From Pseudomonadota bacterium (lineage in GTDB: Bacteria; Pseudomonadota; Alphaproteobacteria; Sphingomonadales; CAKZYD01): 24,000 nucleotides of DNA. The translations under genes and the position numbers were made by a program. Shown in pieces: positions 7,448-16,171 of this stretch (positions are counted from its first letter, which is position 1; the number at the start of each line of letters is the position of its first letter). The stretch is taken from NCBI GenBank assembly GCA_039026755.1, contig JBCCLR010000001.1, forward strand, positions 1 to 24,000, written 5' to 3'. The notes beneath the pieces were generated by a model. That model was not told the origin of the DNA. It saw nothing but the letters and a program-made list of their open reading frames with translations, and made no database searches.

Positions 7448-9637
7448 TTAGCCAAGGTTTCTCAGAACAATGCGAAAGGTGACAGCCGTACCAGGTTGCA
7501 CGTCGCGATCTTGCGTGAAGTTTCTACGGTAGTTTAGTTGAAACTCCAAGCACTCATCGGTGTAAATGAGACTTGCGCGAGTATTCACCGCATCACGCCC
7601 AACCGTCAAATCCTGCACGGTGCTTGCGGTCAGTTGCCAATTCTCGTTCAGCCGGAAACGCGACGCCAGGCGCAGTTCTTCCCGATCACTTGGCAGTGTC
7701 GGGCCAGGGTTTCGGCCAAGGCGATCATATCCGGCCGTAACGGAAATTCGATTGTTGCCAACTGTGGCGGCGATTTCGTTGCGGCGGACAGCAAAGTTGC
7801 TGTTGTCGAGACGCAATCGGTTGCGCAGCGTGAACCAGTCACTGATGCGAATACTAAAGCGCCCAACAAAGTCTGAAAAATCGCCTTCCAGTCCGGTTCC
7901 TTGCGGATAAACCACCTCATCACCAGAGAACCGATAGCTTTGTGCCCACATGGTATCGAGCTCAATTTTTTCCATAAGCAGCCGCCAGGTTGCACCATAT
8001 GTGATGCGCGTGCCGCCGTCCCAGACGTCATCGCCGGGGATCCGGTCATTGAGGAAAATATTACCATCATCGAGATCAAACGAGCGGCCATCTTCATTGG
8101 AGATGACGCCTGCTTTGCTATCCGACGTGCCTGCAACCACAAGCACACGCGGCTCGAGCATCTGCGTGAAGCTGCCCAGCGAGTTGACCAATGGCAACCG
8201 CATATCCAGTGAAATGCGTCCCAATGCCCGCGTCTGTGAGCCGTTTTCGACTTGAAAAACGGCATCATCGGGTCGATCAGCATCACTTACATTGTAGTAA
8301 TCGCCTCGGCCCATTACCGTTGTTGTAGTGAGCAGGCCATTGGTAAAATTAAGTGGCAAACGCAGGCCGCCTGCAATCCGCGCACGGCGCGTATCTTGAC
8401 CGCTAAAGCGCGTTACCGAAACCGTATCCGCTTCGGCAAACGCGCGCAGATTATAGGCCAGCGGGTCGCTCTCGTACGTGTAGCTCAGGCTGGGTAAAGC
8501 TTGCGGGACCAGTCCCGTTTCATCTTCCACACGCAGCCCTTGAAAGCCAACAAGGCGCGCGTTGATGTAGTGGTTATCAAAAAATCCCTCGAGCTGATAA
8601 AAGTTCACAAGGGTATCTTCATCGGTCCAGTCATAGCGCGTTAAGTATGTGTCATCACTGGCAAATTTGAGCTGATAGCTAGAGCGCCAGTGGTTACCAT
8701 GAATGAACTGACCGGTGCTAAACAGATGGCCGCGCAACTCATCGCGCCCGGTTTCCTGGTTCAATTCATCGCGTTCTGGCACGTATGTAACGCTGCCTTC
8801 CGCAGCGATTGAGCCGAAGGCAAATTGCTTGCGATATTCGGTGCCGAGCACGGCGCGTTCGCGCGTCGTGATGATGGGCGTAAGTGTAAGGTCTTGGGTT
8901 GAATCAATATCGATGAAATAGGGGAGTTCAAAAATCAGCCCCAATTCTGGCCGCTGCCGCGCTTCCGGCAGCAGAAAGCCTGACCCCTTCGCCTGCGCCG
9001 GGTCCGGGTGCGATAGGTACGGCACATAAAATACCGGAACACCGAGCAACTCAAGATAAGCATTGCGGTAATACAGCCGTTTTTTGTCAAGGTCGTGCAC
9101 GACCTTGATGGACTTGATCTGCCATAGAGGCTCATCGCCTTCTTCACAGATTTCACACGGCGAATAGACGGCGCGGTTGAATGTGGTCTGGTTGCCGCGC
9201 CGCTCGCCTTTTAGAGCGGCAACGCGGGAATTATCAGCGAGCAACAGCTCGACATTTTCAATGAAGCCGTCACGAAGTTCATCCGTGATCTCAAGCGTAT
9301 CAGATTCTAAGACATTGCCTTCGGCATCGAGGATACGCACGCGCCCGCGCGCGACAACAATTCCGGTGTTTTGGTCATATTCAATGGTATCCGCGTTCAA
9401 GCGATAAACGCCGCGCACCACGCTGACATTGCCGGAAGCAATGACCAACTTGGCTTGTGTGTCGAAACTCAGCTGTTTTGCCGACAATTCAATCACTTCA
9501 TTAGCGAGCGGCGGATCATTGAGAAATTCAGCGCGTGCGGGAGGAGCGGGCGGACCAGCCGTCTGCGCCCACGTTGCAGAGGAATGCAGCACGAATACTG
9601 CGCCCAATAGGGCGGCCATAGGAGTTATAATTGACAT
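7448..9637 (-). CDS. lptD: LPS-assembly outer-membrane protein LptD (OstA/Imp)
   Basis: Large beta-barrel-type protein, aromatic/Gly/Asp/Asn/Arg-rich. N-terminal OstA-like segment LVIASGNVSVVRGVYRLNADTIEYDQNTGIVVARGRVRI. Lies upstream of surA as in E. coli. The track starts at GTG 9682. I prefer ATG 9637 because MSIITPMAALLGAVFVLHSSATWA-Q is a clean signal peptide and GGGG lies 9 nt upstream. Confidence 0.9.
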   Translation of the reverse strand: MSIITPMAALLGAVFVLHSSATWAQTAGPPAPPARAEFLNDPPLANEVIELSAKQLSFDTQAKLVIASGNVSVVRGVYRLNADTIEYDQNTGIVVARGRVRILDAEGNVLESDTLEITDELRDGFIENVELLLADNSRVAALKGERRGNQTTFNRAVYSPCEICEEGDEPLWQIKSIKVVHDLDKKRLYYRNAYLELLGVPVFYVPYLSHPDPAQAKGSGFLLPEARQRPELGLIFELPYFIDIDSTQDLTLTPIITTRERAVLGTEYRKQFAFGSIAAEGSVTYVPERDELNQETGRDELRGHLFSTGQFIHGNHWRSSYQLKFASDDTYLTRYDWTDEDTLVNFYQLEGFFDNHYINARLVGFQGLRVEDETGLVPQALPSLSYTYESDPLAYNLRAFAEADTVSVTRFSGQDTRRARIAGGLRLPLNFTNGLLTTTTVMGRGDYYNVSDADRPDDAVFQVENGSQTRALGRISLDMRLPLVNSLGSFTQMLEPRVLVVAGTSDSKAGVISNEDGRSFDLDDGNIFLNDRIPGDDVWDGGTRITYGATWRLLMEKIELDTMWAQSYRFSGDEVVYPQGTGLEGDFSDFVGRFSIRISDWFTLRNRLRLDNSNFAVRRNEIAATVGNNRISVTAGYDRLGRNPGPTLPSDREELRLASRFRLNENWQLTASTVQDLTVGRDAVNTRASLIYTDECLEFQLNYRRNFTQDRDVQPGTAVTFRIVLRNLG

Positions 9638-9843
9638 GTAATTCTGCCCCGATTGAGCGACACAATCGCGAATTTTCGGCACAGATTATTGGTCCCTTAA
9701 AACGACGGCGCGCAGGCATATGGGTCTGACTTGCCGCCGCCCGGATTACCCGTTAGGTACACAGTTGATTGCGCTGTTGCAATGCGTGTGATTGTGCTGC
9801 CGCGCACTGTGCCACATGCGCTTATTTTTCAGAGGTATGCTCT
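9638..9843. promoter_or_regulatory. Divergent lptD / pepA intergenic region (promoters of both operons presumed here)
   Basis: At 206 bp this is the largest non-coding gap in the window, lying between divergent start codons. The pepA SD AGAGG (9831-9835) is 8 nt before ATG 9844. I could not identify convincing -35/-10 hexamers by eye. Confidence 0.4.
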
Positions 9844-11343
9844 ATGCAAATCAGTTTCTCGCCCATTAACTTGCCCAAAACAGGGGTTGTCGTTTTGTTT
9901 GCGCGCGCGTCTGCGACGCTTGGTGAAATGGGTGAAAGCGCAGATAAGGCGCTTGATGGTGCGTTGACGAGGCTGATCAAAATTGGCCGCTTCCGCGGGG
10001 AAAAAGGCCAATTTGCCGAGTTGGCAGCGCCGAACCTAGGGCGCACAACCCGGATCTTATTGGCCGGCATTGGCAAGCCGGCTGATTTGACTTTGAATCA
10101 TGTGGAGCAGCTTGGTGGGCGTGTCATGGCCCGTTTGCTCACAAGTGGTGAGAAATCAATCTCAGTCGTTGTTGATGAATTTGACGACTGTCCACTCAAA
10201 GCATCAGAAATTGGCGCTCATGTGGCAATTGGGGCACGCCTGCGCAGCTATCGGTTTGACAAATACCGGACAACGCTCAAGGACGATGCAAAACCCTCAC
10301 TTGAACGCTTAACCGTTCTCAGCCGGTCCGCGGGCCGGGCTGACACGCTGTATCGATCGCAAGCCGACGTCATAGAAGGCGTCAATTTTACGCGTGACTT
10401 GGTCAGCGAACCAGCGAACACGCTCACGCCGGTAGAATTTGCAGATCGGCTTAAAATGCTTGGCGATTTGGGTGTCGACGTCACCATCTTGACCCCCGAA
10501 CAGATGCTTGAGATGGGTATGGGCGCACTGATGGGCGTGGCGCAGGGCAGCAGCAACCCACCGCGCCTCGTAGCGATGGAGTGGCGCGGGGCAGGAACGT
10601 CGAAAAACAGCAAACCTGTGTGCTTTGTCGGTAAGGGTGTGACCTTCGATACCGGCGGCATCTCGCTTAAACCGCCCGGCGGCATGGAAGACATGAAATG
10701 GGATATGGGCGGGGCTGGCATTGTCTCGGGCACGATGCTGGCGCTGGCGAAACGTAAGGCTGCGGCGCATGTTGTTGGCATTGTCGGTCTTGTTGAAAAC
10801 ATGCCATCCGGCAAAGCGCAGCGGCCAGGCGATGTGGTGACCAGCATGTCTGGGCAAACCATTGAAGTGATCAACACCGACGCTGAGGGCCGTCTCGTCC
10901 TTTGCGACGCCATGCATTATGCGCAAGAGACATTTCAGCCCAAATGCATGATCGATCTCGCTACATTGACGGGCGCGATCATAGTATCGCTTGGGCATGA
11001 GCATGCGGGGATGTTCTGTAACGATGATGGTTTGGCAGAAGCCTTAACAGCTGCTGGCAAACGCACTGGCGACAGCGTCTGGCGGATGCCCTTAGGGCCG
11101 GCGTATGACGCACTGATCAACAGCCCAATTGCGGATATGAAGAATATTGGCGGGCGCTACGCTGGGTCCGTTACCGCGGCGCAGTTCCTGCAGCGTTTTG
11201 TTAAAAACGGAGTACCATGGGCCCATTTGGATGTCGCGGGCATGGTGTGGTCGCAAAAAGATTCGCCGTTATCCTTAAAGGGCGCGACGGGGTATGGCGT
11301 ACGGCTGCTTGATCAATTTGTGCGTGATACCGCTGAAAAATAG
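9844..11343 (+). CDS. pepA: Leucyl aminopeptidase (M17 family) PepA
   Basis: The track starts at TTG 9769. I prefer ATG 9844, which has SD AGAGG and gives 499 aa. M17 signatures: VGKGVTFDTGGISLKP, NTDAEGRLVLCDAMHYA, DLATLTGA. Followed by holC as in E. coli. Confidence 0.93.
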   Translation: MQISFSPINLPKTGVVVLFARASATLGEMGESADKALDGALTRLIKIGRFRGEKGQFAELAAPNLGRTTRILLAGIGKPADLTLNHVEQLGGRVMARLLTSGEKSISVVVDEFDDCPLKASEIGAHVAIGARLRSYRFDKYRTTLKDDAKPSLERLTVLSRSAGRADTLYRSQADVIEGVNFTRDLVSEPANTLTPVEFADRLKMLGDLGVDVTILTPEQMLEMGMGALMGVAQGSSNPPRLVAMEWRGAGTSKNSKPVCFVGKGVTFDTGGISLKPPGGMEDMKWDMGGAGIVSGTMLALAKRKAAAHVVGIVGLVENMPSGKAQRPGDVVTSMSGQTIEVINTDAEGRLVLCDAMHYAQETFQPKCMIDLATLTGAIIVSLGHEHAGMFCNDDGLAEALTAAGKRTGDSVWRMPLGPAYDALINSPIADMKNIGGRYAGSVTAAQFLQRFVKNGVPWAHLDVAGMVWSQKDSPLSLKGATGYGVRLLDQFVRDTAEK

Positions 11344-11360
11344 ACCGCTAAATTAGGCTG

Positions 11361-11813
11361 ATGGCCATGCAAGTCAGCTTTTACCATCTTGAAAAGCAAG
11401 ACGTGAGCGCAGCGCTACCGCGTTTGCTTGAAAAGGTCATCGCCGCCGGTCACAAAGTGGCGGTGTTTCTCTGCGGCGAAGAGCAGCTTGAGACGCTGGA
11501 TGCAGCGTTGTGGACGTATGACGCCGATAGCTTTTTACCGCATGGGCGCAGTGGCGGCAAACATAGCGACTTGCAGCCAATCTATCTCACAACAGGGCAA
11601 GATGTGCCCAATCAAGCCGATATTCTGGTGGCCTTAGATGCCCAATTGCCAGAGGATCTCACGGCCTTTTCCCGCTGTCTTTATATGTTTGATTCGCGTC
11701 AAGACGGGGCGACTGAGCAAGCGCGCAGGGATTGGAGCGCCCTTAAAGACCAGGGCCATGACGTGACATATTGGCAGCAGTCAGCGCAGGGCAGATGGGA
11801 AAAGAAAGCGTAA
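11361..11813 (+). CDS. holC: DNA polymerase III chi subunit
   Basis: 150 aa. The N-terminus (M)QVSFYHLEKQ..., LLEKVIAAGHKVAVF and LDAALWTY...SFLPHG match the chi (HolC) family pattern. Lies directly downstream of pepA. ATG 11367 is an alternative start. Confidence 0.88.
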   Translation: MAMQVSFYHLEKQDVSAALPRLLEKVIAAGHKVAVFLCGEEQLETLDAALWTYDADSFLPHGRSGGKHSDLQPIYLTTGQDVPNQADILVALDAQLPEDLTAFSRCLYMFDSRQDGATEQARRDWSALKDQGHDVTYWQQSAQGRWEKKA

Positions 11814-11823
11814 GGCCGACTTC

Positions 11824-13701
11824 CTAGCTTAGCCCTTCTTCATAGGCCTGCTGCGCTTCAAGCCAGGCCAGTTCAGCGTCTTCAATCTGTTTCTCCAGCA
11901 TCCCGAGCTGTTTTTGCAGGCGCGCCGTTTCCGTTTGATCCGCGTCGGCATAAAGCTCAGGGTCTTCAAGTTGCCTGCGCATATGCTCTGCTTTCTTGCT
12001 CAGCTTCACATGCTCAGCTTCAGCGGTTTTTGCGGCCTTTTTAAGGGGAGCCAGCTGGCTGCGTTTGTGGGCAGCGTCTTGCCGGGCCTGTTTTTTGTTT
12101 TGGCTTAGCAGCGGTACAGTGGCATCGCCGCGTTTTTCCTCAGCCAGGACTTGCTTTCGATAATCTTCAAGTGATCCTTCAAAGGTTTTGACGGTGCCAT
12201 CCTCAACAATCCACAGCCGGTCAGCGCATAGGTCAAGCAAGCTGCGGTCGTGGCTAATCATCAGAACAGCGCCATTATAGCGGCCAATGGCCTTGGCCAG
12301 TTCTTCGCGTGCGGCGATATCCAAGTGGTTCGTTGGTTCATCTAAGATGAGAAACTGTGGGTCATCCGCACAGATAATCGCAAACAACAGCCGTGCGCGT
12401 TCGCCGCCAGATAGCGAAGCAACGCGGCGTTCAACCATATCTGCATCAAAGCCAAACTGCGCCAACCGTGCGCGCTGTTGGCTGGGAATGCTGCCCGGCA
12501 TGACGCGCGCAATATGTTCAAGCGGTGTGTCATCGCCGCCCAGTTCGTCCATTTGGTGCTGCGTAAAGAAACCGATTTTCAGTTTGCTGGAGCGTTTTAT
12601 GGTGCCCGATAAAGGCGTTAGACGATCGCTTAATAGCTTTGCGAAAGTGGACTTGCCGCGACCATTCGGGCCCAACAATGCGATGCGGTCATCATTATCC
12701 AGCCTTAGGTTAAGCTGCGACAATACCGGTTGATTGGGCGCATATCCGACGCTGGCATCCTCTAATGTGAGCATGGGCGGCGGCAGAGGTGTCACCTCTG
12801 GGAAGTGAAACGTGATATGCTTATCGCGCACGATGCCAGTATCTTCGCCTAGTCGTGCTAGGGCCTTTATCCGGCTTTGTGCCTGCTTCGCCTTGCTGGC
12901 TTTCGCGCGAAAACGCTCAATAAACTGCTCCATTTCAGCGCGCTGGGCAGCGCGTTTTGCATTTGCTTTTTCAGTAAGGCGCTGGCGCTCTGCATTTTGC
13001 TGCATAAAGCTTTCATAATTGCCGGAATAGAGACTAAGCTTGCCGCCGCCGAGATGCAGGATGTTATCGGGCGCGCTATTGAGCATGTCTTTATCGTGGC
13101 TGACCAAGACCCAGCCATAGGGGTAGCCTGCAAGATAACGCTCCAGCCACAGCGCGCCTTCTAAATCGAGGTAGTTTGTCGGCTCGTCGAGCAGCATATA
13201 ATCGGGCTCAGCAAACAAGAGCCCAGCCAGGCTCGCACGCATTTGCCAGCCACCAGAAAACGTACCGATGGGTTGGGACATGTCTGCCTCACTAAAACCA
13301 AGGCCGCGCAATAGGCGCTTTGCTTTTGCTTCTGCAGAATGCGCGCCAAGCTCATACAGCCGGTTGTGCGCCTCCGCGATGTCCATCGGGTCAGCATCTT
13401 CAGTGTCGATCAGCTGCTGCAGCGCCGCCATTTCTTCATGCGCGGATAAAACCACATCAAGAACACTCAAATCCGCCCTAGGGATCTCTTGCTTGAGCCG
13501 CTGCAAGCGAACGCGCTGCGGGATTTCAATATCTCCCTGACCAGCTGTTAAAAGCCCATCCAGGAGTTTGAGGAACGTTGATTTACCCGCCCCATTTGCG
13601 CCGACAAGAGCCACCTTCGCGCCAAGCGGCAGCGCGGCACTGGCGCCGGAGAGGATGGTCTTGCCAGCGTAATCAAAGCTCAGGTTGGAAACTGATATCA
13701 T
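11824..13701 (-). CDS. ABC-F family ATPase (YheS/Uup-like, two ABC domains, no TM segments, C-terminal coiled-coil tail)
   Basis: 625 aa. Two Walker A motifs (GANGAGKST, GPNGRGKST). Two signature/Walker B sets (FSGGWQMR...MLLDEPTNYLD; LSGGERAR...LILDEPTNHLD). The inter-domain linker FIERFRAKASKAKQAQSRIKAL is typical of ABC-F proteins. Lys/Glu/Gln-rich C-terminus. Confidence 0.9.
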   Translation of the reverse strand: MISVSNLSFDYAGKTILSGASAALPLGAKVALVGANGAGKSTFLKLLDGLLTAGQGDIEIPQRVRLQRLKQEIPRADLSVLDVVLSAHEEMAALQQLIDTEDADPMDIAEAHNRLYELGAHSAEAKAKRLLRGLGFSEADMSQPIGTFSGGWQMRASLAGLLFAEPDYMLLDEPTNYLDLEGALWLERYLAGYPYGWVLVSHDKDMLNSAPDNILHLGGGKLSLYSGNYESFMQQNAERQRLTEKANAKRAAQRAEMEQFIERFRAKASKAKQAQSRIKALARLGEDTGIVRDKHITFHFPEVTPLPPPMLTLEDASVGYAPNQPVLSQLNLRLDNDDRIALLGPNGRGKSTFAKLLSDRLTPLSGTIKRSSKLKIGFFTQHQMDELGGDDTPLEHIARVMPGSIPSQQRARLAQFGFDADMVERRVASLSGGERARLLFAIICADDPQFLILDEPTNHLDIAAREELAKAIGRYNGAVLMISHDRSLLDLCADRLWIVEDGTVKTFEGSLEDYRKQVLAEEKRGDATVPLLSQNKKQARQDAAHKRSQLAPLKKAAKTAEAEHVKLSKKAEHMRRQLEDPELYADADQTETARLQKQLGMLEKQIEDAELAWLEAQQAYEEGLS

Positions 13702-13808
13702 TGCCGCTGTATGTCAGACTTTGCGCATTGAGAAAAGGCATTGAACAGGAGCTTACGCGCCCTTATAAGCCCGGCAATCTTAATGCATAACAAGCCAAGG
13801 ACCCCCTG
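13702..13808. promoter_or_regulatory. Divergent ABC-F / ndk intergenic region
   Basis: 107 bp between divergent starts. The ndk SD AAGGA (13797-13801) is 7 nt before ATG 13809. Promoter hexamers not confidently assignable. Confidence 0.35.
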
Positions 13809-14225
13809 ATGGAACGTACCTTTTCAATTTTAAAGCCGGATGCAACACGGCGCAATTTAACCGGCAAGATTAATGCGATGCTGGAAGATGCTGGCCTGCG
13901 CATCATCGCGCAGAAACGCATTCATATGACGCAGAGCGATGCGGAAACGTTCTACGCTGTCCATAAAGAGCGACCCTTCTTTGGAGATCTGGTGTCCTTC
14001 ATGACATCTGGCCCGGTTGTGGTGCAGATCTTAGAAGGTGAAAACGCAGTCCTTAAAAACCGCGAAGTTATGGGCGCCACAAACCCAGAAGATGCTGCTG
14101 AAGGCACCATCCGCAAAACCTATGCCGAGAGCATTGAAGCCAATTCCGTGCATGGCTCCGATAGCCCTGAAAATGCGGAAATTGAGATGAGCTTCTTTTT
14201 CTCAGGCCGCGAAATCGTTGGCTGA
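13809..14225 (+). CDS. ndk: Nucleoside diphosphate kinase
   Basis: 138 aa. Motifs: [40 protein letters not shown], and the active-site His in NSVHGSD. Confidence 0.96.
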   Translation: MERTFSILKPDATRRNLTGKINAMLEDAGLRIIAQKRIHMTQSDAETFYAVHKERPFFGDLVSFMTSGPVVVQILEGENAVLKNREVMGATNPEDAAEGTIRKTYAESIEANSVHGSDSPENAEIEMSFFFSGREIVG

Positions 14226-14244
14226 AGCGTTGCTTTAAACGCTT
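14225..14244. terminator. Short hairpin spanning the stop codons of convergent ndk and purN
   Basis: AAGCGTT (14225-14231) gcttta AACGCTT (14238-14244) forms a 7-bp stem with a 6-nt loop. Only 17 bp separate the two stops. The stem is AU-rich and weak, with no flanking U-tracts, so its function is doubtful. Confidence 0.2.
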
Positions 14245-14899
14245 AGCCAGCACGGGCTGGCGCGATGATGGCGCTGTCTCTGGTTTTAGCGCCATCAATG
14301 TCCACCTTGCCATTAACAACCTTAACGCGACCTTCTGCAATCCACCGGACGGCGCGCGGGTAAAGCTGATGTTCTAGCCGCAACACCCGCGCGGCAAGCG
14401 CAGCCTCATCATCATCTGGCATCACCGGCACAGCGGCCTGCGTAATAATTGGCCCGGCATCCATCTCAGGCACGACGAAATGCACGGTGCAGCCAGCGAT
14501 TTTAACGCCAGCCTCTAGCGTTTGCCGGTGCGTACGGAGGCCCTTGAACGACGGCAAAATTGAAGGGTGGATATTCACGAGCTTGCCCGACCATTTTGTT
14601 ACAAATTCAGCGCTCAGAAGCCTCATAAACCCGGCGAGGCACACCAATTCAGCGCCGCATTCAATCAGCGCAGCATCAAGCGCCGTTTCAAAATCTGTTT
14701 TTGAAGCAAATGCTTTGTGATCAAGCCCAGCCGCCGGAATGTCTGCTTCTGCCGCGCGTTCAAGGCCATAAGCCTCCGGACGGTTCGACAGGACCATGAC
14801 GATCTCTGCCGGGTAATCATCCTTTAAAGCCGCGTCAATCAGACTTTGTAAATTGCTGCCGCGGCCGGAAATAAGAACTGCGACTTTAAGCTTGGGCAT
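14243..14899 (-). CDS. purN: Phosphoribosylglycinamide formyltransferase PurN
   Basis: 218 aa. Motifs: VLISGRGSNLQSLID, LAGFMRLL, NIHPSILPSFKG, GCTVHFV. The start codon abuts the purM stop (TAAATG on the - strand at 14902-14897). Confidence 0.94.
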   Translation of the reverse strand: MPKLKVAVLISGRGSNLQSLIDAALKDDYPAEIVMVLSNRPEAYGLERAAEADIPAAGLDHKAFASKTDFETALDAALIECGAELVCLAGFMRLLSAEFVTKWSGKLVNIHPSILPSFKGLRTHRQTLEAGVKIAGCTVHFVVPEMDAGPIITQAAVPVMPDDDEAALAARVLRLEHQLYPRAVRWIAEGRVKVVNGKVDIDGAKTRDSAIIAPARAG

Positions 14900-16018
14900 T
14901 TAGTTTGCATCCGTTGTTATGGACCAGGCAGCCTCAGCACCCCAAAGCGGGCGCGGCGCCGCTATTTTAACGTCCGGTACAGCACCATGGGCTTGGATCT
15001 CGCCAATCACATAAGCGTCCACGCCGGCTGTTTGTATATGCTCACAGACCGCAACCACATGCGCTTCAGCAACAATTGCAGCCATACCGATCCCGCAGTT
15101 AAACGTGCGCGCGCATTCATGTGGCGTCAGTCCGGCAGCGCTGCGCAGCCAATCAAACACATCGGGCAAATCCCATGCAGCAGCGTCAATAATGGCCCGC
15201 GTTCCAGCTGGCAACACACGGGGGATATTCTCAAGCAGGCCGCCGCCGGTGATATGGGCCATGGTTTTGATAAGGCCGCCGCGCATCAGCTTTAGGCAGC
15301 TGTCGACATAAATTTTCGTTGGCGTTAACAAGATTTCACCAAGGGTTCGCGCGCGATCGAAGGGCGCCTGATCTCCAAAGCGCAGGCCTTGTTGTTCCAG
15401 GATCTTGCGGACCAAGGAAAAGCCATTGGAGTGAATGCCGGTGGACGCTAGGCCGATGATCGTATCCCCCGGCGTTACTACGGTATCTGTTTGTGCGACG
15501 CTGCGTTCGACCGCGCCGACACAAAAGCCCGCCAAGTCATAATCGCCGGCGCTATACATCCCAGGCATTTCAGCGGTTTCACCGCCAATCAACGCGCAGC
15601 CAGCTTGGCGGCAGCCTTCGGCAATGCCCTGCACCACCAGCGCCGCGGTCTCTGTATCCAGCTTACCCGTCGCGAAATAATCAAGAAAGAAGAGGGGCTC
15701 TGCACCTTGCACGATCAAATCGTTGACGCACATCGCGACCAAATCAATGCCGACGCTATCATGCACACCAGTATCGATGGCGATTTTCAGCTTGGTTCCA
15801 ACGCCATCCGTCGCCGCCACCAACAAAGGGTCTTTATATCCGGCCGCCTTTGGGTCAAACAACCCGGCAAAGCCGCCTAAAGAGACGTTTGCGCCGGGCC
15901 GAGCCGTCGCTTTGGCGAGCGGTCCAATTTTATCGACCAGTGCATTGCCTGCCTCAATGTCAACACCAGCATCGGCGTATGTGAGGCCAGAGTTTGTGAG
16001 GTTTGGGTTTTTGATCAT
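14900..16018 (-). CDS. purM: Phosphoribosylformylglycinamidine cyclo-ligase (AIR synthetase) PurM
   Basis: 372 aa. Motifs: [69 protein letters not shown] lies about 7 nt upstream of ATG 16018. Confidence 0.95.
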   Translation of the reverse strand: MIKNPNLTNSGLTYADAGVDIEAGNALVDKIGPLAKATARPGANVSLGGFAGLFDPKAAGYKDPLLVAATDGVGTKLKIAIDTGVHDSVGIDLVAMCVNDLIVQGAEPLFFLDYFATGKLDTETAALVVQGIAEGCRQAGCALIGGETAEMPGMYSAGDYDLAGFCVGAVERSVAQTDTVVTPGDTIIGLASTGIHSNGFSLVRKILEQQGLRFGDQAPFDRARTLGEILLTPTKIYVDSCLKLMRGGLIKTMAHITGGGLLENIPRVLPAGTRAIIDAAAWDLPDVFDWLRSAAGLTPHECARTFNCGIGMAAIVAEAHVVAVCEHIQTAGVDAYVIGEIQAHGAVPDVKIAAPRPLWGAEAAWSITTDAN

Positions 16019-16171
16019 GATAACGCCCCCTCGACATGCACATTGCCTGGTTTGGCCATGAAACTGCCAGTGTTTTGTTTTAACAAGGATTTGGTTTTAA
16101 CGAGTGCATCTGTGATAGCCTGATAGTACATAGTGATTTGCCTGGCGAGCCACTTTTCAAAAAGTCTGGAG
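16019..16171. promoter_or_regulatory. Divergent purM / orphan-gene intergenic region with short direct repeats
   Basis: 153-bp region, relatively AT-rich, between divergent starts. Contains GTTTTAAC twice (16077-16084, 16094-16101) and TGATAGnn at an 8-bp period (16113, 16121, plus cATAG at 16129). On the - strand, TTGTTA-17 nt-TTTCAT is a weak sigma70-like candidate for purM. Confidence 0.4.

Noticed and set aside
7648-8286. 212-aa same-strand alternative-frame ORF inside lptD.
   Set aside because: It is out of frame with a strongly supported beta-barrel protein. Composition is Trp/Arg/Cys/Met-rich junk.
9769-9843. In-frame 25-codon N-terminal extension of pepA with 7 Cys (MRCCNACDCAAAHCATCAYFSEVCS), which could look like a metal-binding leader.
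   Set aside because: It starts at TTG with no SD, whereas ATG 9844 has AGAGG at 8 nt and gives the normal M17 N-terminus. The Cys codons are a by-product of TG-rich promoter-region DNA.
10248-11004. Two long - strand ORFs (221 and 231 aa) inside pepA.
   Set aside because: They are antisense or alternative frames of a gene with unambiguous M17 motifs. Composition is Pro/Arg/Ser/Ala-rich, and I see no independent support.
16080-16100. Two TTAA half-sites in the purM promoter region that might form a CtrA box.
   Set aside because: The spacing is 13 nt, not the 7 nt of TTAA-N7-TTAA. I also scanned the three divergent intergenic regions by eye for CcrM GANTC sites and found none.
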